A stretch of 64,000 nucleotides of DNA. It comes from a virus. The notes beneath the pieces are model-generated. The model ran no database searches. It saw only the letters and a list, made by a program, of their open reading frames with translations, and was not told where the DNA came from. The stretch spans positions 12,727 to 76,726 of the IMG/VR virus record IMGVR_UViG_3300036402_000303; one strand, written 5' to 3'. Of this stretch, positions 48,586-58,736 are shown one piece after another; position 1 is the stretch's first letter; the number at the start of each line of letters is the position of its first letter. Position numbers and translations under genes: made by a program.

Positions 48586-48810
48586 ATGATCAAAACCGTG
48601 TTTACGGTGGCTTTGGCGTGCCTCCTGCCATCCTGCTCGCTGCAACCCGCCTTCGCAAAGGGCAAGCCGGATGACCCGTCGGCGGTCTTCTGCTGGCTCG
48701 CACGGGGCTGCCGAGCGATGGCGAATAGCGACAAGCAAGCCGAGACAGAGGCTAGAGCCCGCGGCGTTTCGGACAATGATATCGCGAAGGCCAAGAGGTG
48801 CCGGCGATAA
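48586..48810 (+). CDS. Small exported protein
   Basis: Signal peptide, paired Cys; AGGAAG RBS. Confidence 0.6.
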   Translation: MIKTVFTVALACLLPSCSLQPAFAKGKPDDPSAVFCWLARGCRAMANSDKQAETEARARGVSDNDIAKAKRCRR

Positions 48811-48824
48811 CGACCAATCTCGAC

Positions 48825-48900
48825 TGCGAAAGCGGCGAGGGTCGGAACGCTGTAACGTTCCGGATCCACGGGGCAGTGTTGAGGCCGTCCCGCCTGACAT
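48825..48900 (+). ncRNA. Candidate structured leader RNA (D12-methyl-like motif)
   Basis: Hairpin CGGAACG-CTGTAA-CGTTCCG (48843-48862) in the gap upstream of a D12 methylase. Confidence 0.35.
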
Positions 48901-48973
48901 CAATTGGGCTCAATGCCAGCTCGCCGAGCACCACGCTAGGGCCGGGGAGCTTGCTATCAGGTTGAGCATCACA

Positions 48974-49783
48974 ATGAACAAGGACTTAAGAACCGTCGTG
49001 CCGGTGCGCCCAGCCGCGGCTTACATTGGCGGGAAGAAGAGGCTAGCCGAACGGTTGGTCGAAGAGATTGTAGCGATTCCACACGACCTGTATGCGGAGC
49101 CATTCGTCGGGATGGGCGGGGTATTCTTCCGCCGGACCAAGGCCGCGAAATGCGAGATCGTCAACGATTTTTCGCGTGACGTGACAACGCTGTTCCGGAT
49201 TTTGCAGCGTCACTATCCGCAGTTCATGGAGACGCTGAAGTTCCAGATCACGTCACGGCGAGAATTTGAGCGCCTGATCGGCACCGAGCCGTCCACCCTG
49301 ACGGACCTGGAGCGCGCGGCGCGATTCTTGTACCTCCAGCGCCTGGCTTTTGGCGGGAAGGTTGCCGGCCGCAATTTCGGGATGGAAAAGCGCGGTCCTG
49401 CTCGCTTTGATGTTCAGCGCCTCGGCCCGATCTTGGAGGCCATCCACGAACGACTGTCCGGCGTGATCATCGAGTGCTTGCCATGGCAGGCATTCATAGA
49501 ACGATACGACCGGCCGGGAGCGCTATTCTATCTGGACCCGCCGTATGCCGGCTGCGAAACCGACTACGGCACGGGCATGTTTTCGTTCGATGATTTTGAA
49601 GTGATGGCAAAAACGTTGGGGAGACTGAAGGGCGCCTTTGTGCTGTCAATCAACGACACGCCCGAAATCCGGAAAGTGTTCGCCGGCTTAACCGTGAGGC
49701 CGGTGTCCACCCGGTATTCCGTCGCTGGAGCGGGATGGTCCGAAGCCAGCGAGCTGCTCATTACGCCGGCAGGAGGTCGTTAA
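48974..49783 (+). CDS. D12-class N6-adenine DNA methyltransferase
   Basis: YIGGK, EPFVGMG, ND, YLDPPY. Confidence 0.93.
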   Translation: MNKDLRTVVPVRPAAAYIGGKKRLAERLVEEIVAIPHDLYAEPFVGMGGVFFRRTKAAKCEIVNDFSRDVTTLFRILQRHYPQFMETLKFQITSRREFERLIGTEPSTLTDLERAARFLYLQRLAFGGKVAGRNFGMEKRGPARFDVQRLGPILEAIHERLSGVIIECLPWQAFIERYDRPGALFYLDPPYAGCETDYGTGMFSFDDFEVMAKTLGRLKGAFVLSINDTPEIRKVFAGLTVRPVSTRYSVAGAGWSEASELLITPAGGR

Positions 49784-49856
49784 CCGGCGGTTAACCATAA
49801 GCTCCGATCATCAAACCATCGCGACGGAACCGGCCAGCCGGAGCCGGCAGTCGCAC

Positions 49857-49895
49857 AAGAGGCCGTCCGGCGTAACGCCCGGGCGGCCTTTTTGC
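49857..49895 (+). terminator. Intrinsic terminator
   Basis: AGGCCGTCCGG-loop-CCGGGCGGCCT followed by TTTT. Confidence 0.8.
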
Positions 49896-49898
49896 GTT

Positions 49899-50201
49899 TT
49901 GCGGCTTCTCGCGCATACTCCCCCGATGACCGATTTTCTGTTCGCCTTGCATGAAGGCGCCACGCTGCAGCAAGAATCGATTGTTAGCGACGGGCTCGAA
50001 GCTCGCTTCCCGGGCCATAAATTCATCGCGTCCGGCGCGGACGAGGGGCTGGAAGATGCGATCGTTCCAGTTGTGGGAACTCCGCATCCGACTGAACCCG
50101 ATGCGGTCGTTATGATTATGCCGCCGGATAGTTTGGTCGGTGAAGTCCGCGAAGCGTTTGCGGAACTGTTGGCGGTCGCGTGGTTCGCCAAACCTTCATA
50201 G
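49899..50201 (+). CDS. Hypothetical protein
   Basis: Protein-like ORF, start perhaps ATG 49926. Confidence 0.5.
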   Translation: MRLLAHTPPMTDFLFALHEGATLQQESIVSDGLEARFPGHKFIASGADEGLEDAIVPVVGTPHPTEPDAVVMIMPPDSLVGEVREAFAELLAVAWFAKPS

Positions 50202-50313
50202 CATTTGACTTACCGCTCGAAAGTGGTTGGATGATTTTGGGCTCGTGGTTGGCCGCACCTTCCGCGCGCTCTACCCGACTTCGGCGCCGGGCTGATGCTT
50301 GTCGCCGAGGCGG

Positions 50314-50493
50314 TTACTCTCGCGCGTGCTTGAACGCCTCGATTTTCCGGTCAGCCTGCCAGAGTTCTACATCGTGAGCGTCAACGAGGTTCTTGGCGTA
50401 TTCTTTAGCGGTCTCATCGTCCGGGCATATGAGGTCGATCGATCGCATGAAACGACCGTCGTGCCCAACTATATACGCGCGATACTCAGCCAT
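50314..50493 (-). CDS. Small conserved Bradyrhizobium-type protein
   Basis: MAEYRAYIVGHDG..CPDDETA..HDVELWQ. Confidence 0.75.
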   Translation of the reverse strand: MAEYRAYIVGHDGRFMRSIDLICPDDETAKEYAKNLVDAHDVELWQADRKIEAFKHARE

Positions 50494-50557
50494 GTGGCTC
50501 CCCGGGTTCCTAATAAGGAACCAGCCATCATGTGTCTGTTCACTTGTGTACACTATC

Positions 50558-50616
50558 CAAATTAGGCCAGTTGTATTTTCAACTTAGGCCACTCGGGATG
50601 GAAACAGGCCAGCACC
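50558..50616. repeat. Phased triple AGGCCA repeat, copy 1
   Basis: AGGCCA at 50564, 50586, 50606. Confidence 0.85.
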
Positions 50617-50650
50617 CGGCCGTGGGGGTTTCTTCGTCCTTATCAGGGCT

Positions 50651-51097
50651 TCAGTCGTCAATAACCATTTCAAGCAGCTTCGCAATCTTATCTCTCGTCA
50701 GATCGCCGGAGTTCGAGATGTAAGGCTCGGCTTCGGGCGCGTAGACGAAGGGGGTGCCCTTCTTCGTTCCGCTGTCGCCGACGCGTGTCACGATGATATT
50801 TCCAAAGGCGGTTGTGATACTGGTCGGAGCTCCGTTACCGACGATGAACGAGACTCCAACAGGACGATGGTCGTTTCTCTCGATCTGGGTTGCGTAAGAG
50901 AATTGATCGGCGCCGAAGTGATGCTTCACTTCCTCCAGGAAAGGTATGACCTCCTTCTCCATCGCGTTTCGGCAATGCTCCATGTCAGCCGTTCGCTTTG
51001 CCTCATTGTCGTGTGCAATCACTTCTTGCCTGTCCTTTTCGACAACGGCCGCAGCTACTTTCAGTCTGAATTTATGGGCGAGTTCCTCGGCGTTCAT
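50651..51097 (-). CDS. Hypothetical protein
   Basis: Protein-like ORF from ATG 51097. Confidence 0.65.
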   Translation of the reverse strand: MNAEELAHKFRLKVAAAVVEKDRQEVIAHDNEAKRTADMEHCRNAMEKEVIPFLEEVKHHFGADQFSYATQIERNDHRPVGVSFIVGNGAPTSITTAFGNIIVTRVGDSGTKKGTPFVYAPEAEPYISNSGDLTRDKIAKLLEMVIDD

Positions 51098-51755
51098 TTG
51101 GTTTCCAATTGCGTCAGGGGGTGTGTCTGATTCGAGTATCGCAGATGACTGCGGTTTATCGGCGACGCACCGTTGCACGATTCAAGGGAACTGAAGGGAC
51201 TGGGGAGGGGCAGCACGCTTTATGAATGTATGAAGGACAATGAACCAGTTGATCCCGTCGGCAACGAGCCCTCGCCGCTCCTCTTCTTTGGGATAGCCCT
51301 TATCCCGCTGTTGGGAATAGCGGGTTGGGCATTTGGGCTATTTGGCTAACTCGCCTTCCACCGCCCTGTGTTCCGGTCGAGCTTGGAGGCTGTTTATGGG
51401 GATCAATGAATGCTGGCGAAGCCAGGTTACTCCTGGTGCTCTACCCACATTTGCTGTCCGCACTGGCATTTGTACATGCGCAACGTGCCGCCCTTGCGAG
51501 GGTCTAGAATTTTGTGCGCGAGCCGAGGCGCAGCCCCACAACGGCAAATAACATTGAGCGGAGACGTGGGGACTGATTTTAGGGTGGGTGTAATGGCCAT
51601 CTCGGCTCCGCGTTAGGACGGGAGCGCGACGGCGTCTCTCTGTCACCGATGAATGTCACGTACCGGGCGGTGATGCCCCTGCGTACCAGATGCCGGCGCT
51701 CGAGTCTGCTCATGGGTCGACATTGGAACCAATGGAACTAGCCGCCGCGGCGTTC

Positions 51756-51992
51756 TTATTCTTCCGCCCGCGGCACGCCATAGCGGTCGGCGCTACCGGC
51801 CGGACGCCACGGACTGCCGCCGGTTCGCACTGCCTCGTTGACGATGGCGCGGTCCTGCCGCTCTTCTTCCGTTAGCGTCATGACGGCGTTGTGGATTTCG
51901 GCCGGAATCGTTGTCATATCGTTCTCTCGATCCTTGTTGGCCCATTCCCACCACTGATCGAACGCGTCTTTGGTTTCGCTGGTGTCCATCAT
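51756..51992 (-). CDS. Small hypothetical protein coupled to the ligase
   Basis: ATGA overlap; QWWEWA motif. Confidence 0.65.
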   Translation of the reverse strand: MMDTSETKDAFDQWWEWANKDRENDMTTIPAEIHNAVMTLTEEERQDRAIVNEAVRTGGSPWRPAGSADRYGVPRAEE

Positions 51993-52909
51993 AGATCCTC
52001 GCGGATGCCTTTGAAGAAGGGATGCCGCACCTTTCCTTGGGCGGACTTCGCTCTGTATTCGATTTCGGCCAACAGCTGCGGCTCGACCCAGACCGCGCGG
52101 TGCGCGACCTTCTTCGCATAGGGCTGCGTCTTTCGGATCAGCGGCTTGAGGCGCGCCTGCAGTTCGGCAGCGGACGTCTTGCCGAAACCGTGGTCGACCT
52201 TGCCGGCATAGACCAGGCTGTCGCCCTTCAGCCGTCCGATATAAATTCCGTCGAACTTGTTTTCTTTCAGCGCAAAGCCGGCGATCGGCAGCGTCTCGCG
52301 CTGAGCGCAGGTTTTCCTGACCCAGTCATTGCCGCGGCCGGAGGAATAGCGGCTATCCCGCACCTTGGACACCACGCCCTCAAGCCCGATACCGCAGGCA
52401 TGGGCGAACATCTCGGCGCCGTCGACCTCGAAGCTTTCACTGAACTGGAGTTCGGTACCGGCGATTAGCTTTTTCAGATGCGCCTTGCGCTCGACCAGCG
52501 GCAGCCTGCGCAGATCGTAGCCGTTGAGATAGAGCAGATCGAAAGCAACCATCACGAGCTTGTCGGACGTGCCTTTTAGTTCATTCTGCAGCACGGAAAA
52601 GTCCGTAGTGCCGTCGGCCGCCGGCACCACGATCTCGCCGTCGATGATCGCCGAGCCGGCACCGATGTGCCAGCCGTCGTCGGCAACCTTCTTGAAGCGC
52701 CTGGTCCAGTCGTGTCCGCGCCGGGTGAAGATTTTGACGGCCTCGTTGGCAAGGTGCAGTTGCACCCGGTAGCCGTCGAATTTGATTTCATGGATCCAGC
52801 GCTCGCCGGCCGGCACCCGCTCTATCGAGGTTGCCAGCGCGGGCTCGATGAATCCGGGGAAGGGCGCCTTGACGCCGATCGCCGCCGGTTTTTTCCGCTG
52901 GAACGCCAC
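51989..52909 (-). CDS. ligD: ATP-dependent DNA ligase (LigD ligase domain only)
   Basis: EIKFDGYR, IDGE, FDLLYL, EGVVSK, RHPFFKG. Confidence 0.9.
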   Translation of the reverse strand: MAFQRKKPAAIGVKAPFPGFIEPALATSIERVPAGERWIHEIKFDGYRVQLHLANEAVKIFTRRGHDWTRRFKKVADDGWHIGAGSAIIDGEIVVPAADGTTDFSVLQNELKGTSDKLVMVAFDLLYLNGYDLRRLPLVERKAHLKKLIAGTELQFSESFEVDGAEMFAHACGIGLEGVVSKVRDSRYSSGRGNDWVRKTCAQRETLPIAGFALKENKFDGIYIGRLKGDSLVYAGKVDHGFGKTSAAELQARLKPLIRKTQPYAKKVAHRAVWVEPQLLAEIEYRAKSAQGKVRHPFFKGIREDL

Positions 52910-52978
52910 AAAATCAACTCCGCAACAGAACCGGGATTCAAGCGCGGCTCGGCGGATTCGTTCCAGGCCAATGCACGT

Positions 52979-53162
52979 TCAGGCCGCCGCCTTGTCTTCT
53001 TTGTCGGCACCGCGGGCAACGATCTTAAGCGCGTCGTCTGGCAGGGGCCGCTGCAGGGTTTTGGCCTCCGCCCAGGGCGCTCGCATCCAGACATCGCGTT
53101 CTTCGTCCGTCGTCAGGATCACCGGCATGGCCTTAGGGTGAATGGGTTTGACGATCGCGTTC
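52979..53162 (-). pseudogene. SOS response-associated peptidase (SRAP) C-terminal fragment
   Basis: [31 protein letters not shown]; N-terminal part missing. Confidence 0.8.
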
Positions 53163-53329
53163 TGGTGAACGTATCCGCGCTGGTGACTGTTACACGTAAG
53201 CCCCCTTGAAACGCTTTTTTGGCTCGCTATCCGGATAATTGTCTCGTACCGTACATCGTCTCCTGTCGGAGACGCGGGCGGGCCAACTAAGAGCCCTTAG
53301 AAAGTCTCGCCTCAACGGGGGAAATAAAA

Positions 53330-53617
53330 ATGGCGCTTAGTGTGAATTTCAACCGATATTGTGTGGCGTTGTTGGGAAGCTTGCTGTTTCTGGTGCCCGC
53401 TTCAAACGCTTCGGCAGCCGGCATCGAGAATCCGAACGTACAAATGAGCGCCGCCGAACGGTGTAAGGGTCCGTGTCCGGATAATGCAGACTGTATCTGC
53501 GGCCCTTGTGACACACCGCTGGTCTTGATTGACGGCAAATGGCAAAGGACGGCGAAACCGGGCGCGGGTAAGAGCAGCGACGTTTGCCGTGCTTCCAAAA
53601 AGAATAAAGCGTCCTGA
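53330..53617 (+). CDS. Small exported Cys-rich protein
   Basis: Signal peptide, six Cys in mature part; GGGG RBS. Confidence 0.55.
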   Translation: MALSVNFNRYCVALLGSLLFLVPASNASAAGIENPNVQMSAAERCKGPCPDNADCICGPCDTPLVLIDGKWQRTAKPGAGKSSDVCRASKKNKAS

Positions 53618-53814
53618 ACCCACACAGGGCCATCCCTTGGTTCAGCCCGGCACGGTGACGTGTCGGACTGTTTCGTTTGCATAGGGTGTGCGGGCGCCTT
53701 GCGCCATCACTGCCCCTTGGGCGTTTCCTCCTAGACTTGAGCCGCTTGTTCATTGGCGTCGAGATCAGCCCGCGCGAAAGCCGCCCGTGAGGCGGATCGC
53801 GCTGAGGCCTACGC

Positions 53815-54072
53815 ATGGTCGGTGCAGATGGAAGGCACGGAGGCTTGGCCTGGCTCGAGGTCGAGTGCAACCGCTGCAAGACGCGCGCGAGCCTGCCGCT
53901 GAATGCCATCCGCCGGCCGCGGGATACGCCGATCTGGAAGCTGGAGGCCGCGCTGAAATGCCGGTCATGCCGGAAGGGTCGCTACGCCCCGCCGGTGCAC
54001 ATGATCAAGCTGACCGCGAAGCGTGAGATCACGCCGTATCCGTGGGTGCATCCGAGCGAGGTGGATCGGTAG
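53815..54072 (+). CDS. Zn-ribbon protein (N-terminus looks eroded)
   Basis: WLEVECNRC..LKCRSC. Confidence 0.6.
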   Translation: MVGADGRHGGLAWLEVECNRCKTRASLPLNAIRRPRDTPIWKLEAALKCRSCRKGRYAPPVHMIKLTAKREITPYPWVHPSEVDR

Positions 54073-54114
54073 CGGCCCCGCGGGCTCGAACCGCGGGGAT
54101 CCACACGACCATTT

Positions 54115-54537
54115 TCAATCAACGAAGACCGGCGTCGCCGCGGTTGTGTCGGCCGGGGATTGCGCGTGCTTCGTAACCTGATGAACCACGGGCAATTGCA
54201 GCACGGTGACCCGCTGCCCTTCAGAGAGCTGTGTTACCAGCACCCTGCTGCCGTCAGGAAATTCAATCCCGTCATGGTGCCGGTGCGGAACGTCGGGCTC
54301 AATCGCGCCGAATTTCCCGACCCGGGAATTGATTTCCTTGGTCCACATCCATCGGTTGTCGTACTGGACGTTGTCTGCGAAGGCGAGCTCGGTCCCTGGA
54401 AGCATACAGACCGCGACGGCGGGCTCGCGCTCCGACGCGAAGCCGCGGGTAGACGTGCCGCGGAATGTCGTGGTGATCAGCGTCTCTCCAACCTGAGCGG
54501 GGCGCGTTGCTACAGCGTGCAGACTATAGTCACACAT
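54115..54537 (-). CDS. Conserved hypothetical protein
   Basis: MCDYSLH..AVCMLPGTELAF..HHDGIEFPDG; GGAG RBS. Confidence 0.8.
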   Translation of the reverse strand: MCDYSLHAVATRPAQVGETLITTTFRGTSTRGFASEREPAVAVCMLPGTELAFADNVQYDNRWMWTKEINSRVGKFGAIEPDVPHRHHDGIEFPDGSRVLVTQLSEGQRVTVLQLPVVHQVTKHAQSPADTTAATPVFVD

Positions 54538-54778
54538 CGGATTGCTCCCTCATTTGAGATAGCTAACCCGCGCCCGTTAGAGGCGCAGGCCTCTATTAGA
54601 CAGTAGCCTGTGAGCTTTTGCTTCATTGTGGGCGATTGTACGGCCTGGGCCGACCACCCTGATCACTAATACGTTAGACGAGGCATGCAGCCTCTCGTTT
54701 TCCGCGGTGGGTTGTCGGACAGCCTTCCGGGCATAGACGCACCAGCGGCCCTCCTGGCGTCATGTGCGGGGCCTGGCC

Positions 54779-54813
54779 GAAATAGGCCACTCGCTAAATC
54801 GAAGTAGGCCACC
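54779..54813. repeat. Phased AGGCCA repeat, truncated copy (2 units)
   Basis: AGGCCA at 54784 and 54806. Confidence 0.7.
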
Positions 54814-54816
54814 GTC

Positions 54817-55388
54817 CTAGTGGAGTTCACCAGAGAATTGGCCGACCACTTTCCAGAAGGCGTCATAAGCCATGAACAAAAATATGTAGACGATGTAGGT
54901 ATTCGGCATTTTGCCGAAAACTGCATTCATCATGCCTTCGGAGCCGAACACATACGACGAGGAAATGACGACTGAGACGAGGATCACAACGCTGCGACTA
55001 AACACCAGAAAAAAATCAGACCGGTGGCCGTTAGCGAACTCTGCGAATGGCAAGGTCGGGTTTACGCGGCGGCGATGGGTCATAAGCCATGCGATCGCGA
55101 CGAGCAGGGCGATTGAAACAATCACCCCTGAATTGGAAGCTAATATCCAAGGTGTGGATAAAACTACGCTTTGGCTATTGCCCATGCCGCGCCCACCGCC
55201 GTCGCTATTAGCGGGGACGACTGCACGAGAGTGGCGATAAGCCCATCTCCTTGCGCAAAATCGCGCAGACCAACAATTCCAGCAACCAGCAAGCCCGCGC
55301 CGATTGCATAATAGCCCGCGTCACGCAACGCGGCTACGCCGTCACGAGAAACAAGAAATGCACCGATGGCTTTGGCCCTGGCTGACAT
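54817..55388 (-). CDS. Membrane protein split over two overlapping ORFs (55164-55388 and 54817-55185)
   Basis: Both ORFs are hydrophobic with a short overlap; possible frameshift. Confidence 0.4.
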
Positions 55389-55793
55389 GTTAGCCTCTTT
55401 GCCCTAATCCCCAAATCTCGGGGAACCATTTCAAATCCCTTGCGGGGAGTCTACGGCTTCGGGACGTTTAAACATACTAAACCAGATTCTGCGGAATTGG
55501 TTGCGACGGACTGCCGCTGGCAGCTAAATTCAGATTCTATACGTAAGTTATTGCTATTTCAAGCCTTTTCAAGGGGCCTTCCGCCGCCTTGAATTACTGA
55601 ACTTCCGGCGTCGATCCGGGGGCGGCTCCGTAGGCATTGCCGGGGTAACGGCGAGGGCGGCATCCACAAGCTGGGCGATGGGCCAAGCCCGGTCAGCAAT
55701 GCCCAGCGCCATCTGGGCCACTAGGAAGGAGGCAGGACTCAACTCTCGCAGAAAACTTCTTATCTGAGGGCATCAGTTTCTAGCGTCGAGGTC

Positions 55794-55997
55794 ATGTTTA
55801 TGGGTAACCCCCGAGCCGTCAAATACCGCAGGCTGGCGCTGGCCGAACCCGACCAGGAAAAGGCGAAGCTGCTGCATCAAATCGCGGAAGAAGCCGAGCG
55901 AGGCGTTCTTGTCACCGCGGATTGGCGACGCCAGTCATCGACGTTGCCGGGTGAAAAGAAACGGCCCGACGCTCGGGGGATGAGCGAGGAGCCGTGA
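55794..55997 (+). CDS. Small hypothetical protein
   Basis: YRRLALAEPD..LLHQIAEEAERG; GAGG RBS. Confidence 0.65.
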   Translation: MFMGNPRAVKYRRLALAEPDQEKAKLLHQIAEEAERGVLVTADWRRQSSTLPGEKKRPDARGMSEEP

Positions 55998-56301
55998 GTT
56001 TGGGGTACCGCCCCGATGGCCGGGGCAAATTTCAAAACTCAGCCCCGCGGATTTTGTTCCCCTCAGTGGAGCGGCCCGACGTGGCAACCGCCCGCGGCCA
56101 AGATGATCGCGGGCGGGTATTCTCAGATGCAGATCGATCGCCACGCGATGCTGCGCCGGACTTTGATTGGGACCGAGATGATTGAATACGAAAAGCTCAC
56201 GAAGCAGGATTGGCTGCTTGTGGTGGGCGCCTCCACCGCTCTAGTAGCCATGCTTCTAAGCTTCGGCGTTTATCGGTTGGTGGGAGCGAACTGAGGCGGC
56301 C

Positions 56302-56469
56302 TTACTTTCTGGCGTCGAGGAGTTCTGCGTATCGGTCCGTTTGATTGGCGATCATACCCCAACTACGGATAAGAAGTTTCAGGACCGTGGCTTCGGCCTC
56401 GCTCTGCGCCAAAGAGATCAACGTACGGCATTCCGCCAATTGAGAACGGCAATGTTCTGTGCTGTCCAT
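56302..56469 (-). CDS. Small helical hypothetical protein
   Basis: HCRSQLAEC..SWGMIANQ; GAGG RBS. Confidence 0.65.
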   Translation of the reverse strand: MDSTEHCRSQLAECRTLISLAQSEAEATVLKLLIRSWGMIANQTDRYAELLDARK

Positions 56470-56788
56470 GGCTATTTCCTCTGCGAACAGCCCCCAGTAG
56501 AGCAACCATGCGCCAATCGCAGGATCGTTCCAAAGAGATGCAGAAAAGGGGCGGGACCCGGAGAGGGTTTGCCCGAGTCCCTGACATCCCGGAACAGCAT
56601 CCTTCCCTCTGGGACCGCTCGGGATGCTAGTTCAATCAATCCACAAAACGAATGCCGAGTATATGCACTTGTGAACCTAAACAGAGGATGCTTGGTACCC
56701 TGTTATTCTACTGAGAACGGACGGCGGCAAATTTGCGACTTGTTCACAGCACTTCACAGGAAGGGTCGTTGGCGTTCGTTCTAAAAAT

Positions 56789-56847
56789 CAAAATAGGCCA
56801 CTCATTATTTCGAATTAGGCCACTAGGGATGGAAACAGGCCAGTACC
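56789..56847. repeat. Phased triple AGGCCA repeat, copy 3
   Basis: AGGCCA at 56795, 56817, 56837. Confidence 0.85.
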
Positions 56848-56882
56848 ACATGCCGTATTAGAACAAATAGGGAAATAAGAGT

Positions 56883-57083
56883 CTAGCCGCTAGGGATTGT
56901 GCCTTCTGGCATCGAGGGCCTATTGGTCGAAGACATTTCGCCGCGCTCGATTTCATCCGCCTCGGTCAAGTAATCCGCGGCAAGCCTACGTAATTCCGAG
57001 ATAATGTCGTGGGCGGTCATCTGGCGCGCGTGCCATTCGCACTTCTGGGCCTGATCTCGCAGATAGATTGAGCGCTTGGACAT
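56883..57083 (-). CDS. Small helical hypothetical protein
   Basis: YLRDQAQKC..ELRRLAADY. Confidence 0.6.
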   Translation of the reverse strand: MSKRSIYLRDQAQKCEWHARQMTAHDIISELRRLAADYLTEADEIERGEMSSTNRPSMPEGTIPSG

Positions 57084-57226
57084 GCGCGACCATAGCGCCA
57101 ACCTGCGAACAAGGATGTGCTGTATTGCTCAGCTAGGGGCTTTATTTTGCGGCAGGTCGAAGACCATCGCGTTCGAGACTGGCTTTTTGTATGGAATAAG
57201 CGCGTGATTAGTTAAAGGAACGCCAA

Positions 57227-57472
57227 ATGGTATCAACCGATCACTTCCGGCAGGAGTTGAATGCCCAGCTGACCCGCGCTGCGGCAGGCGGCCAAATCGA
57301 CGTGCTGATTACTTCGGGTGAACTATGCCGATCTATCGTTACCGGAAGCGCTTGGTCCGCATATTGCTGTGATGCCATGGAAGCGGAAATGAGACCTGGC
57401 GACACTTTGGTGCTTGAGCGATCCAATGGCGCGGGGATGACGGTTCTTTACTTGTTGCCACGCATCCACTGA
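57227..57472 (+). CDS. Small hypothetical protein
   Basis: ITSGEL..CCDAM..YLLPR; AAGGA RBS. Confidence 0.7.
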   Translation: MVSTDHFRQELNAQLTRAAAGGQIDVLITSGELCRSIVTGSAWSAYCCDAMEAEMRPGDTLVLERSNGAGMTVLYLLPRIH

Positions 57473-57487
57473 AATGCGGCCCCATCT

Positions 57488-57751
57488 TTACCGATCCTCC
57501 GAAATAACATTGTTGCAGCCGTAGCAGCGATAAATTCGGACCGGCGCCCCTCCCCTGAACGAGGGGAGATTGCTCAGGTGGATCATTTTGGTGCTGCATT
57601 TCGCGCAATTGCGGATCGGTGCTCTGCGGGTGGACTCCGTATAATCACATAAAAATAAGGCCGCCGACAAAAGCGACAGGGATGAATTTGCCATTTGCTG
57701 GCATGCAAGCTCGCCGGCTAGTTCGGATCGTGTCATTGCGCCGATGTGCAC
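57488..57751 (-). CDS. Zn-ribbon microprotein (start uncertain)
   Basis: CAKC..YRCYGC. Confidence 0.5.
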   Translation of the reverse strand: MHIGAMTRSELAGELACQQMANSSLSLLSAALFLCDYTESTRRAPIRNCAKCSTKMIHLSNLPSFRGGAPVRIYRCYGCNNVISEDR

Positions 57752-57759
57752 GAAGGCTC

Positions 57760-57942
57760 CTACGTCAATGGTCGAAGTTCGCCTGTTAGGAGCTTGGTGA
57801 CTTCCACTGATTTTAAGGGATCATCGCCCTCGCAATCGATGCACTGGAATTTGCGACCGCCCGTCTTCCGAAGCAGGAAGCGCATGGGCTTGCGGCAATT
57901 CGGGCATATTGGAGGAGGAGTATTTTTGGGCATGACGCTCAC
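57760..57942 (-). CDS. Zn-ribbon microprotein
   Basis: CPNC..CIDC..DPLKS. Confidence 0.65.
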   Translation of the reverse strand: MSVMPKNTPPPICPNCRKPMRFLLRKTGGRKFQCIDCEGDDPLKSVEVTKLLTGELRPLT

Positions 57943-58116
57943 GCTGGATCAGGCGCGAGTGCTGTCTACTCACATCACCGAATGCTGCCGAAGACGGGGC
58001 GGTGATCCACCACCTTAATGGCTATCTGCGAAATAGTCTGCTCGGTATCCGACATAGCGCCATCGGCGAAGCAGCACAAGAGCTAGATGCCCTCCGCAGC
58101 CGGGCTGGCAAGCTCG

Positions 58117-58344
58117 TCAGCTGGCATAGCAGGGGCAACGGGCAAGCGCCGCGTCCACAAGCTGCCCGATGGTCCAAGCCCGGTCCGCCACGCCAATGGC
58201 CTTCGCTGGCGTCGTGCGCAGGGCTTCATGGGTTCTGCAGAGATTGTAGTGGGCGACGTACAGCGCAACCGCTGCGACGTGGCTGTCCAGCTTCTTTGAA
58301 AAGCCGTTGGTGAGCCGGGTGAAGCGACGGCTGCCCATGCGCAG
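58117..58344 (-). pseudogene. IS1-family-like DDE transposase, C-terminal fragment
   Basis: RRFTRLTNGFSKK..AAVALYVAHYNLCRTHEALRTTPA..WTI. Confidence 0.8.
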
Positions 58345-58523
58345 GGACGGGCGGCCTTAGCCAAAGGACTGCCGCAAGCTCAGCAGCGCCGTAAGTGCGA
58401 CCTCGGTGCACCAACCCGCAGCGAAATGCTGGTCGAACGTCCACGCGACCAGCAACGCTACAATTGCGTCGAAGGTGTTCTTGATCATGGCGGGAAAAAT
58501 GCCGGACGACTCTTAAAAAGGCC

Positions 58524-58679
58524 TTACGCCTTCTCCGAGGTCCAAGTCCTGTCGCCGCACTTGCACAGGAACATGTGAAATGTCCGCCCCTTCTGAGAGT
58601 CCATCATGCTTGTGACGAACCTGGGTTGCTCGCCGCACTTGGCGCAGGCTGGGGATTCTGGTTTTTGCGGATTATTCAT
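58524..58679 (-). CDS. Zn-ribbon microprotein
   Basis: CAKC..FLCKCG. Confidence 0.65.
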   Translation of the reverse strand: MNNPQKPESPACAKCGEQPRFVTSMMDSQKGRTFHMFLCKCGDRTWTSEKA

Positions 58680-58736
58680 GGGCGGCCTATGTACCAAACA
58701 GCACATAAGACTGTCATCCCGAATGTGGCGATTTTT

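Larger units (their letters stand above)
8199..49895. mobile_element. Lambda-like siphovirus prophage (right boundary uncertain, may extend further)
   Basis: Ordered integration, immunity, replication, packaging, head, tail, lysis and methylase modules starting at the tRNA-derived att. Confidence 0.93.

Noticed and set aside
48974-49783. Restriction-modification system
   Set aside because: No cognate endonuclease nearby; a typical orphan phage methylase. The ORF extension to 48671 looks non-coding
55711-55724. Fifth copy of the phased repeat (ATCTGGGCCACTAG)
   Set aside because: A single degenerate unit without the 22/20 phasing
56861-56875. LexA box GAAC-AAATAGG-GAAA
   Set aside because: One mismatch and no adjacent gene start; possibly a relic but not supportable
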